The position numbers and the translations under genes were made by a program. Positions 11,528-24,899 of a DNA stretch of 64,000 nucleotides are shown here, piece by piece. The notes beneath the pieces were generated by a model. The model was not told the DNA's origin and ran no database searches. It saw nothing but the letters and a program-made list of their open reading frames with translations. This DNA comes from Octopus sinensis (lineage: Eukaryota), in the NCBI RefSeq assembly GCF_006345805.1, contig NC_043004.1:9300001-9364000 (forward strand), given 5' to 3'. The stretch's first letter is position 1. Each line of letters starts with the position of its first letter.

Positions 11528-14092
11528 GGTGGTTTTCTACTCCTTATGCCGAGTCTGACTACCTTCTGTCCCTGGACCTTAGAACCATCATGGCATCTGA
11601 TGTGGCTTTTTCTACCAGACGATGTTTTGAAAAGACACCCACATAGATTGCATATCCGATTTGGACCACCAAGAGCTGCAGTTAAGTTCTGATCTTTGTG
11701 AATCTTGAAATGTCTTTTGAGGCCTCCGTTGGATTTGTAGACATTCTGGCATATATTGCATTGAAAGGTGTGCACAGACATATTGGTTGGTGGAGGTACG
11801 TTTTCCATGGGTTCGGAAATGAGATTTGAGCCCAACGAAAGAAAGAAACTGTGCACACGAAAAGGTGCACACAAAACTGCGCACGCAAAAAGGTCATTGT
11901 TATTCACCTTCTCGATCGTAACATTCTTGCTTAAATCTCTCCCGAGTCTTGCATGCTTTACCCTGGCCTCTTCAAACGCTTTCACTCCATACTTTTGTTC
12001 GCCATTCAGCCTGATCCGAAGCAAGGATTTCTACGTCCACTGGATCCATTCCAAGTGATTTCATGGTAGTCCTTATGTCGCCCTTAAACCTTTTTCTTTT
12101 AGGTTTACACCGATAGCTTTTCCTCTCTGCAAGCTCACCCTAAAACAACAGTTTGGGTGAGCGTTCATCCGCCATTCGAACAATATGGTCACACCATCTC
12201 CTTTGGTTTTTCAAAATTATTGCTTTAATTGAGGTGATGCCTGCAGACGCAAGAACATCTGTGTTTGGAGTAAAAGAACTCCATTTAATGTTTAAAATGC
12301 GATGAAGGCATTTTTGGTGGAATTGGTCTAACAATTTGAAATGTCTTTCATAACAAGTTCATGTTTCAGAAGAATACAACAGGAATGGTAAGACAAATGA
12401 TTTGTAAAGAACCAATTTTGTGTTGTTATTTATATGTCGTCGGCGCCAAACGCGTGACTCCAAGCCACCAAATGCTTGTGTTGCACTTTGAATTCGCAGA
12501 TATATTTCTGCGTTCAAATTTCCATAATTTTGAACAGAGCTTCCGAGGTAGATGAAAGAATCAACAACCTCAAGTAGTTTACCTTTAACAAAAATTTTAG
12601 TAGGATTGCAAACAGTACCACACGCATTACAACTGCTTTTTCCAGTTGATGGTCAAGACAAAGCCATCACAAGCTGAGCCAAATGCAGATACTAGAGATT
12701 GCAAACTTGGTTTAGAATGACTGACTAAATCGCAATCGTCAGCATATAAGAGTTCCCAAATGAGTGAAGTAAAAACTTTCGTTTTGAATTTCAGTCTGGT
12801 CAGATTAAAAACATTCCCTGTGTTCGATATTTTATGTAAATACCTTCCTCGAAGTTTTGAAAAGCATGTGACAACACAAACAGCAAATTATATTGCAAAG
12901 AAGGTGGGTGCATCAAGGTCTCCTTGCTTTACTCTATTTTCCACGGCAAAAGATTCAGAGAGCCTACCTCCAAAATTAACTCTAGCTTTCATATTTTGAT
13001 GCAAAGCCCTGATCATGTTTACAAATTTTTCTGGGCAACCTATTTTCGTTAGAATTAGCCACAGAGCATTTCGATTAACGGTATCGAATGCCTTGTTTGA
13101 ATCAACACAGCAATTGTATAGGGCAATATTCTGTTCAATACATTTTTCTTGCAGTTGTCTGATAGTAAAAATACAATCAGCTGTGCCCCTGGAAGGAGCG
13201 AAAACCACACTGAGACTCAGACACCATATTTGGAATAATGAAGGTATTTAAACGTTCTAACAGAATGCTGTAAGTACTTTTCCAACCGCAGAAAAAAGCG
13301 AAACCCCACGAAAATTACCACACAGATCTTTGGCCCGATTTATACAAGGAAACTGAAATAGCATCAGTCCAGTCTTGAGGCACTTTCTCAGTTCTCCAAC
13401 AGTGACAAATTAATATATTTAAGAGTTCAAGCATTTTGTCAGCCCCACATTTCAAGACCTCTGCACAGATTCCATCAGACTCTCGAGACTTATTGTTATT
13501 CAGTTTATTCACAGCTAAATAAATGTCATTTAGAATTGGTTCAAATGCCATCTCTTTTATAACTGGAAGGCGTTAAATTTTTTCTATCATTCTTATGTCA
13601 GCGGATGATGGTCTATTCAAAAGTGCAGGAAAATGTTCTCCCCTGTGCTTATGAATAGAAGCGGTGTTAGTCAGAAGAAAACGTCTATTTGCTGTTCTCA
13701 CTGGAGCTACTGAGGAAGATTTTGGGGCCATATACCTCCTTAACATAAAAGTACAAACCCGTCATTTCTATCTGCTGCTTCTTTTGTCCCTTTTGCTCTA
13801 TCATTCCACCATTCTTTAGAGTAGTCTGCACTTTCTCTTTCAGCTTTCTGTAAGCTTCATTTAAGTTGGGGTTCAAGGACTGAGAAAGAAGTGTATTGCC
13901 TAAGTTTTGTTTTTCTAAAAGAAGATCAAGAATTTCTGCTGCTCTATCTGAGAACCAGTCACTGGACATAAGTGATTTAGATCCCACTGACGAACTTGCA
14001 GCCTGAAATACTTTTGCTTTGAAATCTTCCCATAAATTGTTTGGATCAAATTGATACTTTCTATAGCATCGTGGAATCTTTGCAAGTTGCTT
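11528..14092 (-). mobile_element. RTE-clade LINE, 5'-truncated, RT plus three C-terminal C2H2 fingers
   Basis: DWFSDRAAEI; CGNFRGVSLF; RGTADCIFTIRQLQEKC; KAFDTVNR; VKQGD; YADD at 12735-12746; FHQKCLHRILNIKW; RWCDHIVRMADERSPK; fingers at about 11600-11900. Confidence 0.95.
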
Positions 14093-16127
14093 GCGTGTGT
14101 GCGTGTGTGTGTGTAAATCCCATATCAGAATCGATTTTCTTCTCTGGGACTGCGAATAAAATCATGCATTGGTGTTGCAGTCAGCTACCAGGGGTGGATG
14201 TAATTGCCTCGTCTTAAATTGTGAAAACAGAGAACATCTACCATGAATTTATGTGGAACTGACAGCTCTAGTGTTCAGTGTGGTTTATTTATCAGTTGTA
14301 GCTTCATTATAAAAACACTGGCCAAAAGATTTGATAAAAAACCGGGAACTACTGGAATTTTCAATAAAAAATAAAATATAATAAACACACTCGCATCCTC
14401 CAAATACTTCTGAATTGTTGTACAATTTTATCAGTGTTTATGGTATACATGTGTATTCGGACGAAACCCTTATGCACGAAAATGATCGGTGCATTCCTTA
14501 TGTGGGTGCAAGTATATCCGTATTTATAGTCACATATATGTATTCACTCGTAAATGTAATTTTGTGGAATTGTCATGCTTTCAAACAACGAAGCCTTGTC
14601 ACTTTGTTAGCGATCAGATTTCAGTTTCTTAAGAAGAACTTGAAAAAATGTCAAACAAAAAAGCACAAACAAACATGTATACACACAGTCATAAATGGAT
14701 ATGGGTGGCACAAGTGAAAGAGAGGGGGAAGCATGCGAGATTAATGAAAAGTGAAATACACACCCACATATAAAAAATATACTTATAACTATATATAAAT
14801 GAAGATGCAATGAACAAACTTTTAACCCAATCACTACAATTATTTCTATGTGTTAGTATCAGTCGGTAATTACCGACTGTTTCACAAATTATGCACTTTA
14901 TTACATTAGTATGATGTAGCACAAGATGTGTACCTGCACGTCTTCAGGTGAGTGGGTTTGAGAAGATAAATGGATAGATGAATACATTGATGGAAAGATA
15001 GATATAGATATATAGATATATACATTGATTGATTGACTTAGTTTAGATAGATAGAAAGATAGACAGACAGACAGATTGACAGTATGAAGGAGAGCACATG
15101 TGTTTCGTTGAGGAGTTAATTCTTTCATTATATTCATATGTCTTTGATTGGGCCGCTATGAATCCATGAGCTGTCATTCTGGTTCAACTCCTGCATATGT
15201 CGATACACGTGTTTGTTGTGGTGTACATATGGTGTGCATGGGTATATTTACGAGAAATGTGGTGAGAAGGTGCATGCGTGCCTCTGATATATTATTCTCA
15301 CACATACACAAATAAATGCGTACACACGCAAACATGCAAATACATATCTATCTCTCTCTCTCTGTCTTCCACCACACTCTCTGTATACACACACACGCAC
15401 ATATATGTATGTACGTACGTACATACATGCATACATATATATATACGTATACATACATATATGCGCAACTACAAGATTCCTGGTTTAAGAGCACTGCGTG
15501 GTAGCTTCAGTGAGTTTCATTTTTACCCCATACGTTGGAAGAGAGAGATTGTATACAGGAAAACTGTGCTGAGGCACGTCGGATGGATTGTATTCCAATT
15601 TAAAAGGTACAGTTCTGTAACACACTGTACCACACTGATCCGACTTGAGAGAGAGTGAGAGAGAGGGGGAGAGGGGTGAGAGGGTGGGAGAGAGAGAGAT
15701 AGCTAGATAGACTAATAAACGTATGACTGCTTCGTTGTTCTTGAGTATAAGATGAAGAAGCTGGTATGTGAGGCGCCACCTGTGCACCGTGTGTTTTAAT
15801 GCGAGGAGAAGCCTTGTTCATAACCGATTCCACTTTCTGAATCTCTGAACATCGATGACAGATACTCCGAATAGAAGAACAATTCAACATTTTTCCTTCT
15901 CTAAGACTAATATGTTATCAAGGACTAGACGTTACTCACTCTCACACGTGTGTGTATGTGTGTGTGAGTACAGTATGACGAAATCTACCTGGCCGAAACT
16001 CCGAAGTCACTATCATCCGTTTCCCTACAAAAATATATGCATCTATTCTACTTGAATGTATTGTCATTCTTCATTTTAATGTTAAATTGTTCTTATGTAT
16101 GACATAAAAGAAACATTAATATATATA

Positions 16128-16158
<31 letters not shown>

Positions 16159-16189
16159 CGTGTATATATATAATATATATACGTGTATG

Positions 16190-16221
<32 letters not shown>

Positions 16222-16246
16222 ATATATACGTGTATGTATATATATA

Positions 16247-16300
<54 letters not shown>

Positions 16301-16649
16301 GTGTATATATATATATATATACGTTTACGAATTTATGTTGCAGATTCCTGATTTGAAGTTGTGTGTTGAAACAGATATTGTATTTCGGGAGGGTCATTTT
16401 TTTTTACCAAATGGAATAGGATAAGCAGAACAAGAGCACACACGAAGACGGAAAGTGCCTCTGAGGAGGTCACAGATGTGTGACAAAAGATTTCCAGACA
16501 ATGGACATAAGTTAGAATAAGAACAGCAATAAACGAGTGGAGAACGAATATATAGTGCGTATGTTTATATGGCGGAAAAGAAAAACAAATGACCATCCCG
16601 AAATACAGCAATACATTCATACATATACATATATTATATATATATAGAT

Positions 16650-16683
<34 letters not shown>

Positions 16684-16714
16684 ATATTATATATATATCT
16701 ATATATATATATGT

Positions 16715-16782
<68 letters not shown>

Positions 16783-17122
16783 TAATATATATATATATAT
16801 ATATAATATATATATATATATGTACGTATGTATGTATTTATATATATATAGACAAACACATTATACATACACACAGACGCACACACACACATACACATAA
16901 TGAGAAATTCATCCCATTGCACATATCTTTTACGTAAACAAAAGAACAACTAAAATTGGAAATGGCACAATTACAAAACCCGCGAAAGGCATGTTTTCTA
17001 TAATTTCCAAATTACTTGACGAATTACGTTCGTTTCACGAGCCTACGAAACTTTATATTGATTGGAGCCAAACTAATCTGTTACTAGATAATATATATAT
17101 ATATATATGGCTCTTTAACGCA

Positions 17123-17712
17123 ACGGGCTGGCAGAATTGTTAGCAAGCCGGGCGAAATGCTTAGCGGTATTTCGTCTGCCGTTACGTTCTGAGTTCAATT
17201 TCTGCTGAGGTCGACTTTGCCTTTCATCCTTTCGGGGTCGATTAAATAAGTACCAGTTACGCACTGGGGTCGATATAATCGACTTAATCCGTTTGTCTAT
17301 CTTTGTTTGTCCTCTCTGTGTTTAGCCCCTTGTGGGTAGTAAAGAAACAGGTATTTCGTCTGCCGTTACGTTCTGAGTTCAAATTCCGCCGAGATCGACT
17401 TTGCCTTTCATCTTTTCGGGGTCGATAATTTAAGTACCAAGTTACACACTGGGGTTGATGTAATCGACTTCATCCCTTTTTCTGTCCTTGTTTGTCCCCT
17501 CAATGTTTAGCCCCTTTTGGGCAATAAAGAAATAAAAACGTTAGCACGCCGGGCGAAATGCTTTGCGGTATTTCGTCTGTCTTTACGTTCTAAGTTAAAA
17601 TTCCAATTTTCCTTTCGGAGTCAATAAATTAAGTACCGAGTTGCGCACTGTGGTCAATCTAATCGACTGGCCCCCTTCCACAAAATTTCGGGCCTTGTGC
17701 CTAGAGTAGAAA
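17123..17712 (+). mobile_element. SINE family A trimer
   Basis: Head ctggcagaattgttagcaagccgggcgaaatg, three B-box-containing cores; the last unit ends in the alternative tail gccttgtgcctagagtagaaa. Confidence 0.9.
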
Positions 17713-17743
17713 AAAATATAACACTTACTAAACATTTTCTTTC

Positions 17744-17810
<67 letters not shown>

Positions 17811-17812
17811 TA

Positions 17813-17960
17813 TGGCTGTAGGGTAAGTAGCTTGCTTACCAACCACATGGTTCCGGGTTCAGTCCGACTGCGTGGCACCTGGGCAAGTGTCTTCTGCTAT
17901 AGCCCCGGGCCGACCAATGCCTTGTGAGTGGTAGGCGGAAACTGAAAGAAGCCTGTCGTA

Positions 17961-18026
<66 letters not shown>

Positions 18027-18255
18027 ATGTATGTGTGTGTATATGTTTGTGTGTCTATGTTTGTCCCCCTAGCATTGTGTGACAACCGATGCTGGTGTGT
18101 TTACATCCCCGTCACTTAACGGTTCGGTAAAAGAGACCGATAGAATAAGTACTGGGCTTACAAAGAATAAGTTCCGAGGTCGATTTCCTCGACTAAAGGC
18201 GGTGCTCCAGCATGGCCGCAGTCAAATGACTGAAACAAGTAAAAGAGTAAAAGAG
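17813..18255 (+). mobile_element. SINE family B (tRNA-derived, internal TA/TG microsatellite)
   Basis: tggctgtagggt A-box-like, ggttcagtcc B-box-like, gcacctgggcaagtg, tail ccagcatggccgcagtc..(taaaagag)2; four well-preserved copies in the window. Confidence 0.92.
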
Positions 18256-19099
18256 TATATATATATACACACGTTTGTCCGTGCGGGTTTGTTTCTTTGC
18301 AGCCCTATGTGATAGTATGTATAGATAAATATAGATTTCATATATTCATGTATGTATAAGTATTTATTCATTCATGAATACCATCGCACTTTATGTGTAT
18401 ATTGCTGCTAATATATATTCATGTATGAAGATATATGCATCTATATAAATGTATATATGTGTGCTTAAGCATATGTAAACATGTTTATTCATATCTGTTT
18501 ATATATATACATTATACATATGTATATGCTTAAATATATACATATGCATAAATATATACATATATATATATAAAAAAATAAATAAATATAATATATATAT
18601 ATATATATATATGCGCGCACATACACACACACACACATATATACACACATAGAAACATTCATAGATATATGTTTCTCACTGAACTGAAGGAATCGGATGT
18701 GTGCATATAAATGTGTCTACAGAAATGTGATATATGAATTTGTATGTGAATGTACGCTTTTATCCGCTTACGTTTTTGCATGTAAATCTATCGAGTATTT
18801 TTATTGTATCTGAAATACGTGAAGATATTTCTGCATTTCAATATGTAAGCAAACGTCTCTGTAACCATGTAGCGTGCATTCACATTTCATAAAAGCATGC
18901 GACGCACACTCACACACACTTACGTACTTGTATTCATATATGCGTGCATCATACACACACACACACGCGCACACACACACACATATATATATATATATGT
19001 ATACACAGGCGTATATACATATGTATACATATAGGCGTGACTTTGTGTGTGTGTCCATAAATGATTGGCTGTATATGTATGTGTAGATATGTATATATA

Positions 19100-19144
<45 letters not shown>

Positions 19145-19257
19145 TATATATACATACATACCTATATGAATGTATATATATATATATAATATATATACAT
19201 GCATATACCTATATGTATGTATATATATATGCATATATATATATATATACATACCTG

Positions 19258-19291
<34 letters not shown>

Positions 19292-19342
19292 TACATGCAT
19301 ATACCTATATGTAAGTATATATATACATATATATATATATAT

Positions 19343-19416
19343 CGCTATACTAATACATCTGTTGGTTTTGTACACCACCTGTCTTCGTCTTTTGTATTTT
19401 TTTCGTAAACTTTCCC
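19343..19416 (+). mobile_element. PLE family 1 extreme 3' fragment
   Basis: ctaatacatctgttggttttgtacaccacctgtcttcg matches about 56625-56688. Confidence 0.75.
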
Positions 19417-19418
19417 TT

Positions 19419-19452
<34 letters not shown>

Positions 19453-19767
19453 TCATATATATATAGTATACTATATATATCTATATAATCTATATATATA
19501 ATAGATATAGATAGATAGATATATACGCACACACACACACGCACACGTATATATATAATCATGTATATATATGTGTGTGTGTGTGTGTCTAAGAATTACA
19601 GTGAACCTGTTTCCTCGACGTCTCTGACTGTTGACTGATCTTTTGGCCATCGATGACAAACGTTTCTCGAGCGAGCCACGCTGGTCACGTGTCTTGCCTC
19701 GCCTTCGCAATACAATTTTACATCTTCCTTCTTCTATCAAGGAATAAACACATTCACACACACCCAT

Positions 19768-19808
<41 letters not shown>

Positions 19809-20296
19809 TACACCCATACACACACTCCCATATTATACTCACATAGACGACATCATTTACTAACATAATGGCTGACAGCTACCATTACAAAACATCTCAT
19901 ATTAAATTCTCCCATCCCACCTCATTCATTCCTCCTCCTCCTCCTCCTCTCTCCCCTCTCTCTCTTATTCACACTCTGACGTTTTCCTCTCTAACTCCCC
20001 CTCACAGCTTCTTCTTAGTCTCCCCCACCCCGCTCACTCTATCCCCCTCCTCTGGTTTCATTACACATCACACTTTCACATTCACCACTTTTCATGTTTT
20101 CTTTTCTCAGCCTCCCTCCCACTCTTACTTAATCCTCCTCCTCCTCCTATTATTATCGTCTGTTTTTCACACTTAATGTTGTTTAATCGCAAACTCTCAC
20201 GGGAGCCATATTTTCTATTGGTTAAAATGATAACCATTGAATTGGAGGTTTATACGCCGAACCTGATCTGTCGTAAAACATTTATCGTATTAGCAC

Positions 20297-20357
<61 letters not shown>

Positions 20358-20466
20358 TAGTGCCTTTCACAGTGTTTTAGTGTCTTTTTCAGTCTCATTT
20401 CTGCGTCCTATTTATTTCTCTTTTGTTTCCTTACTCTCTCCTTTTCCAACTCCTACCACTTTCTCT

Positions 20467-20510
<44 letters not shown>

Positions 20511-20634
20511 TTCTCCTTATTTCTCTATTTTACCTTCCTATTACTTCCGCTCAAGAGCTTCTACATTTTTCTATATTTTTGTATTCTTCCTCCCACTCCT
20601 TTCTCTTTCTCTGTCTGTCTGTCTGTCTGTCTGT

Positions 20635-20672
<38 letters not shown>

Positions 20673-21212
20673 GTCTGTCTATCTGTATGTATGTATGTAT
20701 GCATCTCTCTCTCTCTCTCTCTCTCTCGCTCTCTCTCTCTGTATATTTATACATATATATGAAAAATGCATTGAATACTACAAGACGTACTCGTACCACA
20801 GACACAGAAGGACCCTAATTCCTCATCAGTTATCGACCAAAATACTAATACTCAGTTTCATGTCTTTAACGATAAGATGGAATTTCGTATGTCGGCGGCA
20901 CCCGCAAAATTTGCGGAGAATTAGGGCTCGAGCAAACAATATATATGTATCTTCCTCTTTATCTCTTTTCACCCCGTTTTTATAACGTCTCCCACCCATT
21001 TTTTCCTTCCTCTTTACACATTCTTCTTTCTTCGTTCTTTTCTTTCATTTTTCTTTCTACACTCTCTCACTTTCTTCCAACTCCTCCTTCATTTTCCTCT
21101 CTCTCATTTACTCCCATAACCCTCATTTGTATATATATAATATAATATGTATGTATGTATGTATGATTGTATGTATGTATGTATGTATGTATGTATGTGT
21201 GTGTGTGTGTGC

Positions 21213-21244
<32 letters not shown>

Positions 21245-21624
21245 TGTTACAACAGCCCTCCGTAAGCCACCGATTAATTGCTGATGGGATACTAATGTAA
21301 GTTCCGTTTGTCTGTATCTAAAGCTTTGGTTGCAGAATGCTGTGCTGTGTCATTCTTACGTGCCACAAGATTTGGCTGAAAATATCGCAAAAATATTGAA
21401 ATTATCATCAAGAAGTATGAACTGAGATTTTTAATGTAAAACCTGCATAAATATTATTTCATTTATTGAAAAATAATTAATTACTTAATAATTTTCTGTA
21501 TTAAAATATTATTCGATTAAAATAGTCATACTTCATCTAAATGCATCGTGTAAAGCAAATTTTACTGCGGTATTCATCCGGAAATAATATCTCTTATGCA
21601 CGTGCCATGTTGAAAAGCACAATA

Positions 21625-22908
21625 CATCGGGTTGGCAACTAAGTTCCCGCTGTTTGTTTTCTAATTTAAAATTTTTTAAAGGCTAAATAAAAAATAACAA
21701 CTAATTAATCAATAATATATTTACCCTTCTTGTTTACAACTTCTTCCCAACGTTCAACAAGATTTTCAATACCTCGTAGGTAGAAATCACCCGATTTCAA
21801 CTCGAAAAATTAATCCAACCAAGCTCTCAATTTTGCATCAGTATTGAACGAAACTCCGCGCATAGCATTTGAAAGAGATCTAAAGAGGTGGAAATTCGTT
21901 GGTGCCAAACCAAGAGAGTACGGCGGGCGTGGCAGCACTTCCCAGCCATGCGTTTGAATGGCCTCCTTGGTCATATTGGCGATATGAGGGCCGGTGTTGT
22001 CGTGCAGCAGAAGAACTCCATACTGCCAATTAGGTCTTTTCTCTTGAATAGCCGTGTTGAGTAGTTCCATCTGTTGAACATAGAATTCCGCATTGACCAT
22101 TTGGTTCTGTTCAAGTAATTCGTAATGGATAATCCCTTCCCAGTCCCACCATACGCACAGCATCATTTTACGCGGGTGAAAAGCTTGTTTCACGCGCCGT
22201 GTCGCTTGTTTACCGGTGCTAAGCCATTCCTTATGCTGCTTCATATTGCTGTACAGGCACCATTTTTCGTCGCCAGCAACGATTCGGTAAAGAAATCGTT
22301 GCTTGTATCCATGAGTTGAGCGGTGATGAGCAAGCAAACCAGCGGAGAATATGGCTCGCTGATTTTTGTTGCTGTTGTCACTTAAAACATGCGGAACCCA
22401 TGCTCCATACTTCTGAACCTTTCCCATCAAGTGAAGATGCTTCTCTATAGCAGTGTAAGGGCATTCCATTTTCTCTGCCAGTTCCCTTGTCGTTTGACGA
22501 GAATTTTCGTGCAAAATTTAGTTTAATCGCTCTTCATCGAACTCAACTGGACGGTCAAAATTTCCATTTTTGAACTTGGCATACCAATCACGAGCGGTTG
22601 TTTCAGCCAAGGCACCCTCTCCATACACTGCACAAAGGTCGTGAACAGCTTTTGCGGCCTTAGAACCTTGATTAAAAGCAAAAAGAACGTGTCGAAAATG
22701 CTTGTTTTTCTTAACTCGGCATTCCATTTTAATGATCTGAAAATAAACAAAAATTAACTAAAATTAAGTAGAAAAAAAACAAAAAAACAAAATAGATTTC
22801 AAAATGATTCAAAAATAGAATTCTCGAAAAAATAGATTCCAAAATTTAAAAACGCAATAAATTCCAAGATTTAAAAAAAACGGTTGGAATTTAGTTGCCA
22901 ACCCAATA
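21625..22908 (-). mobile_element. Full-length mariner transposon (1284 bp), family 1
   Basis: TIRs (c/t)at(c/t)gggttggcaactaa at both ends flanked by TA; mariner transposase inside. Confidence 0.95.
21705..22727 (-). pseudogene. Mariner D,D34D transposase pseudogene
   Basis: WVPHVL, GDEKW, HDNTGPH, PPYSLGLAPTN. One frame throughout, with two TAA stops (22518-20, 21810-12) where copy 2 has CAA; third catalytic Asp is Asn. Confidence 0.92.
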
Positions 22909-23418
22909 TATACGAGGACTAACATCGTATTAGTAAGGGGCAGTGAAAATAGTAGATGTATTTAATAGCAAAAATATATAAACAGCCATCTTTAAATACA
23001 CTTTTTGATTTTCTACGGCCGGAACTGGTATACCACAGTTTCGTCAAAGATTTATATTAATGACATAGGTTGTATTAATACGGAGAGGTAATATCTATCG
23101 CCACGTAAATGTGGATGTTCTATTAGAACAAATTTTACTGCAGTGGTTATCAACATTGCTTCAAATGTGGTAAAGCAGGAAGGTTCTAGTCGGAAATGGA
23201 AAGCGGCATCCATGATGCTCATATTTAAAAGAACAATCACGCGATCGTTTTACTCAAAATCGAATGGCAGTCATCATATATGTATATATATCTGTGGGTA
23301 TGTGTGTGTATAATATGAATTTATATGCGTATATATATATATGTTTATATATGTATTTATGTATCTGTCTATCTATCCATCTATCAACACACATACATAC
23401 ATATATATACATACATAC

Positions 23419-23456
<38 letters not shown>

Positions 23457-23696
23457 ACACAAATACATATATACACACAAATACATATATACACATATAT
23501 AATCACTTTTGTTAACATTTTTGATGATTTCTATAAAGAATATAAAAGTGATCACTCAAAATCAATTGAGATCCAACTGGAAATCAGGATCTTTCATTAG
23601 AGGCCATCAGTCACGTGTCGGCCTGTAGCAAAATGTCAGCTGTTACAATGAGCAAACATGCTATTCATTGTTTCTAACTTCAGAGAAGCAAATCGC

Positions 23697-23771
23697 GGAT
23701 AAACATAAAAGCAGTATTCTTTGTCGTTTTATGTTAGAACTTTATCATTATTATTATTATTGTTATTGTTA

Positions 23772-23832
<61 letters not shown>

Positions 23833-23922
23833 CATTATCATCATCATCATCATTATCATCTTCATCATCATCATCAAAATCGAATGGCAGATAAACATAA
23901 AAGCAGTATTCTTTGGCGTTTT

Positions 23923-24018
<96 letters not shown>
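23697..24018. repeat. Local duplication of gataaacataaaagcagtattcttt with (TTA)n/(TCA)n arrays
   Basis: About 35-bp motif at about 23698 and 23890, each followed by trinucleotide arrays. Confidence 0.85.
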
Positions 24019-24505
24019 TCCCCCAGCTGGGGCTTCTTGTATTTTCGGTGAAATTTTGATCCCTTTTATAGCCGGAGAAAAAGAATTTCTCTTAATAGTT
24101 TCCGATGGAGGATCCTTCTGTTGTATTTTTGATATGTCACCTAACCGACGAAATTATAAAATTATAAAACTTGAACATCGTTTAATATGATTTTATTTTT
24201 TACATCAAGTTAAGATGACTTTCTGCTTGAAAAGAAAAAATGCCTAAAAAGAATGTAAAAAAATAATGAATGCAACAGCACTGAAAAGAAGTATAATTAA
24301 CCGTAATTAGCCAGAAGAATATTTGACTTTCAACAGAAGATAATAACATTAATTAAAACAATTCCAATGACTCGGCTAACAACGACAATGCACATACAGA
24401 TACACACATATATGCGCACACTAATGCACCTCGCTCCCACACACGCCCACATTTCTTAAATGAAGAAATATATGCAAAGGCTAAATGGTGCGCAAACATA
24501 CGAAT

Positions 24506-24896
24506 GTGTGGTAAGTAGCTTGCTTACCAACCACATGGTTCCGGGTTCAGTCCCACTGCGTGGCACCTTGGGCAAGTGTCTTCTACTATAGCCTCGGGCC
24601 GACCAAAGCCTTGTGAGTGGATTTGGTAGAAGGAAACTGAAAGAAGCCCGTCGTATATATGTATGCATATATATGTGCGTGTGTGTTTGTGTGTCTATGT
24701 TTGTCCCCTCCAACATCGCTTGACAACCGATGCTGGTGTGTTTACGTCCTCGTAACTTAGCGGTTCGGCAAAAGAGACCGATAGAATAAGTATTGGGCTT
24801 ACAAAGAATAAGTCTCGGGGTCGAGTTGCTCGATTAAAGGTGGTACTCCAGCATGGCCGCAGTCAAATGACTGAAACAAGTAAAAGAGTAAAAGAG
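24506..24896 (+). mobile_element. SINE family B
   Basis: High similarity to 17813-18255. Confidence 0.93.
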
Positions 24897-24899
24897 TAT

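Noticed and set aside
11302-12024. Host C2H2 zinc-finger gene
   Set aside because: The fingers are contiguous with an RTE RT/thumb, lack TGEKP linkers, and the same 3' end recurs as a truncated copy at 32845.
21337-21416. Candidate short exon NAVLCHSYVPQDLAENIAKILKLSSR (similar case at 44700-44760)
   Set aside because: Plausible splice dinucleotides but no recognisable protein homology or supporting exons.
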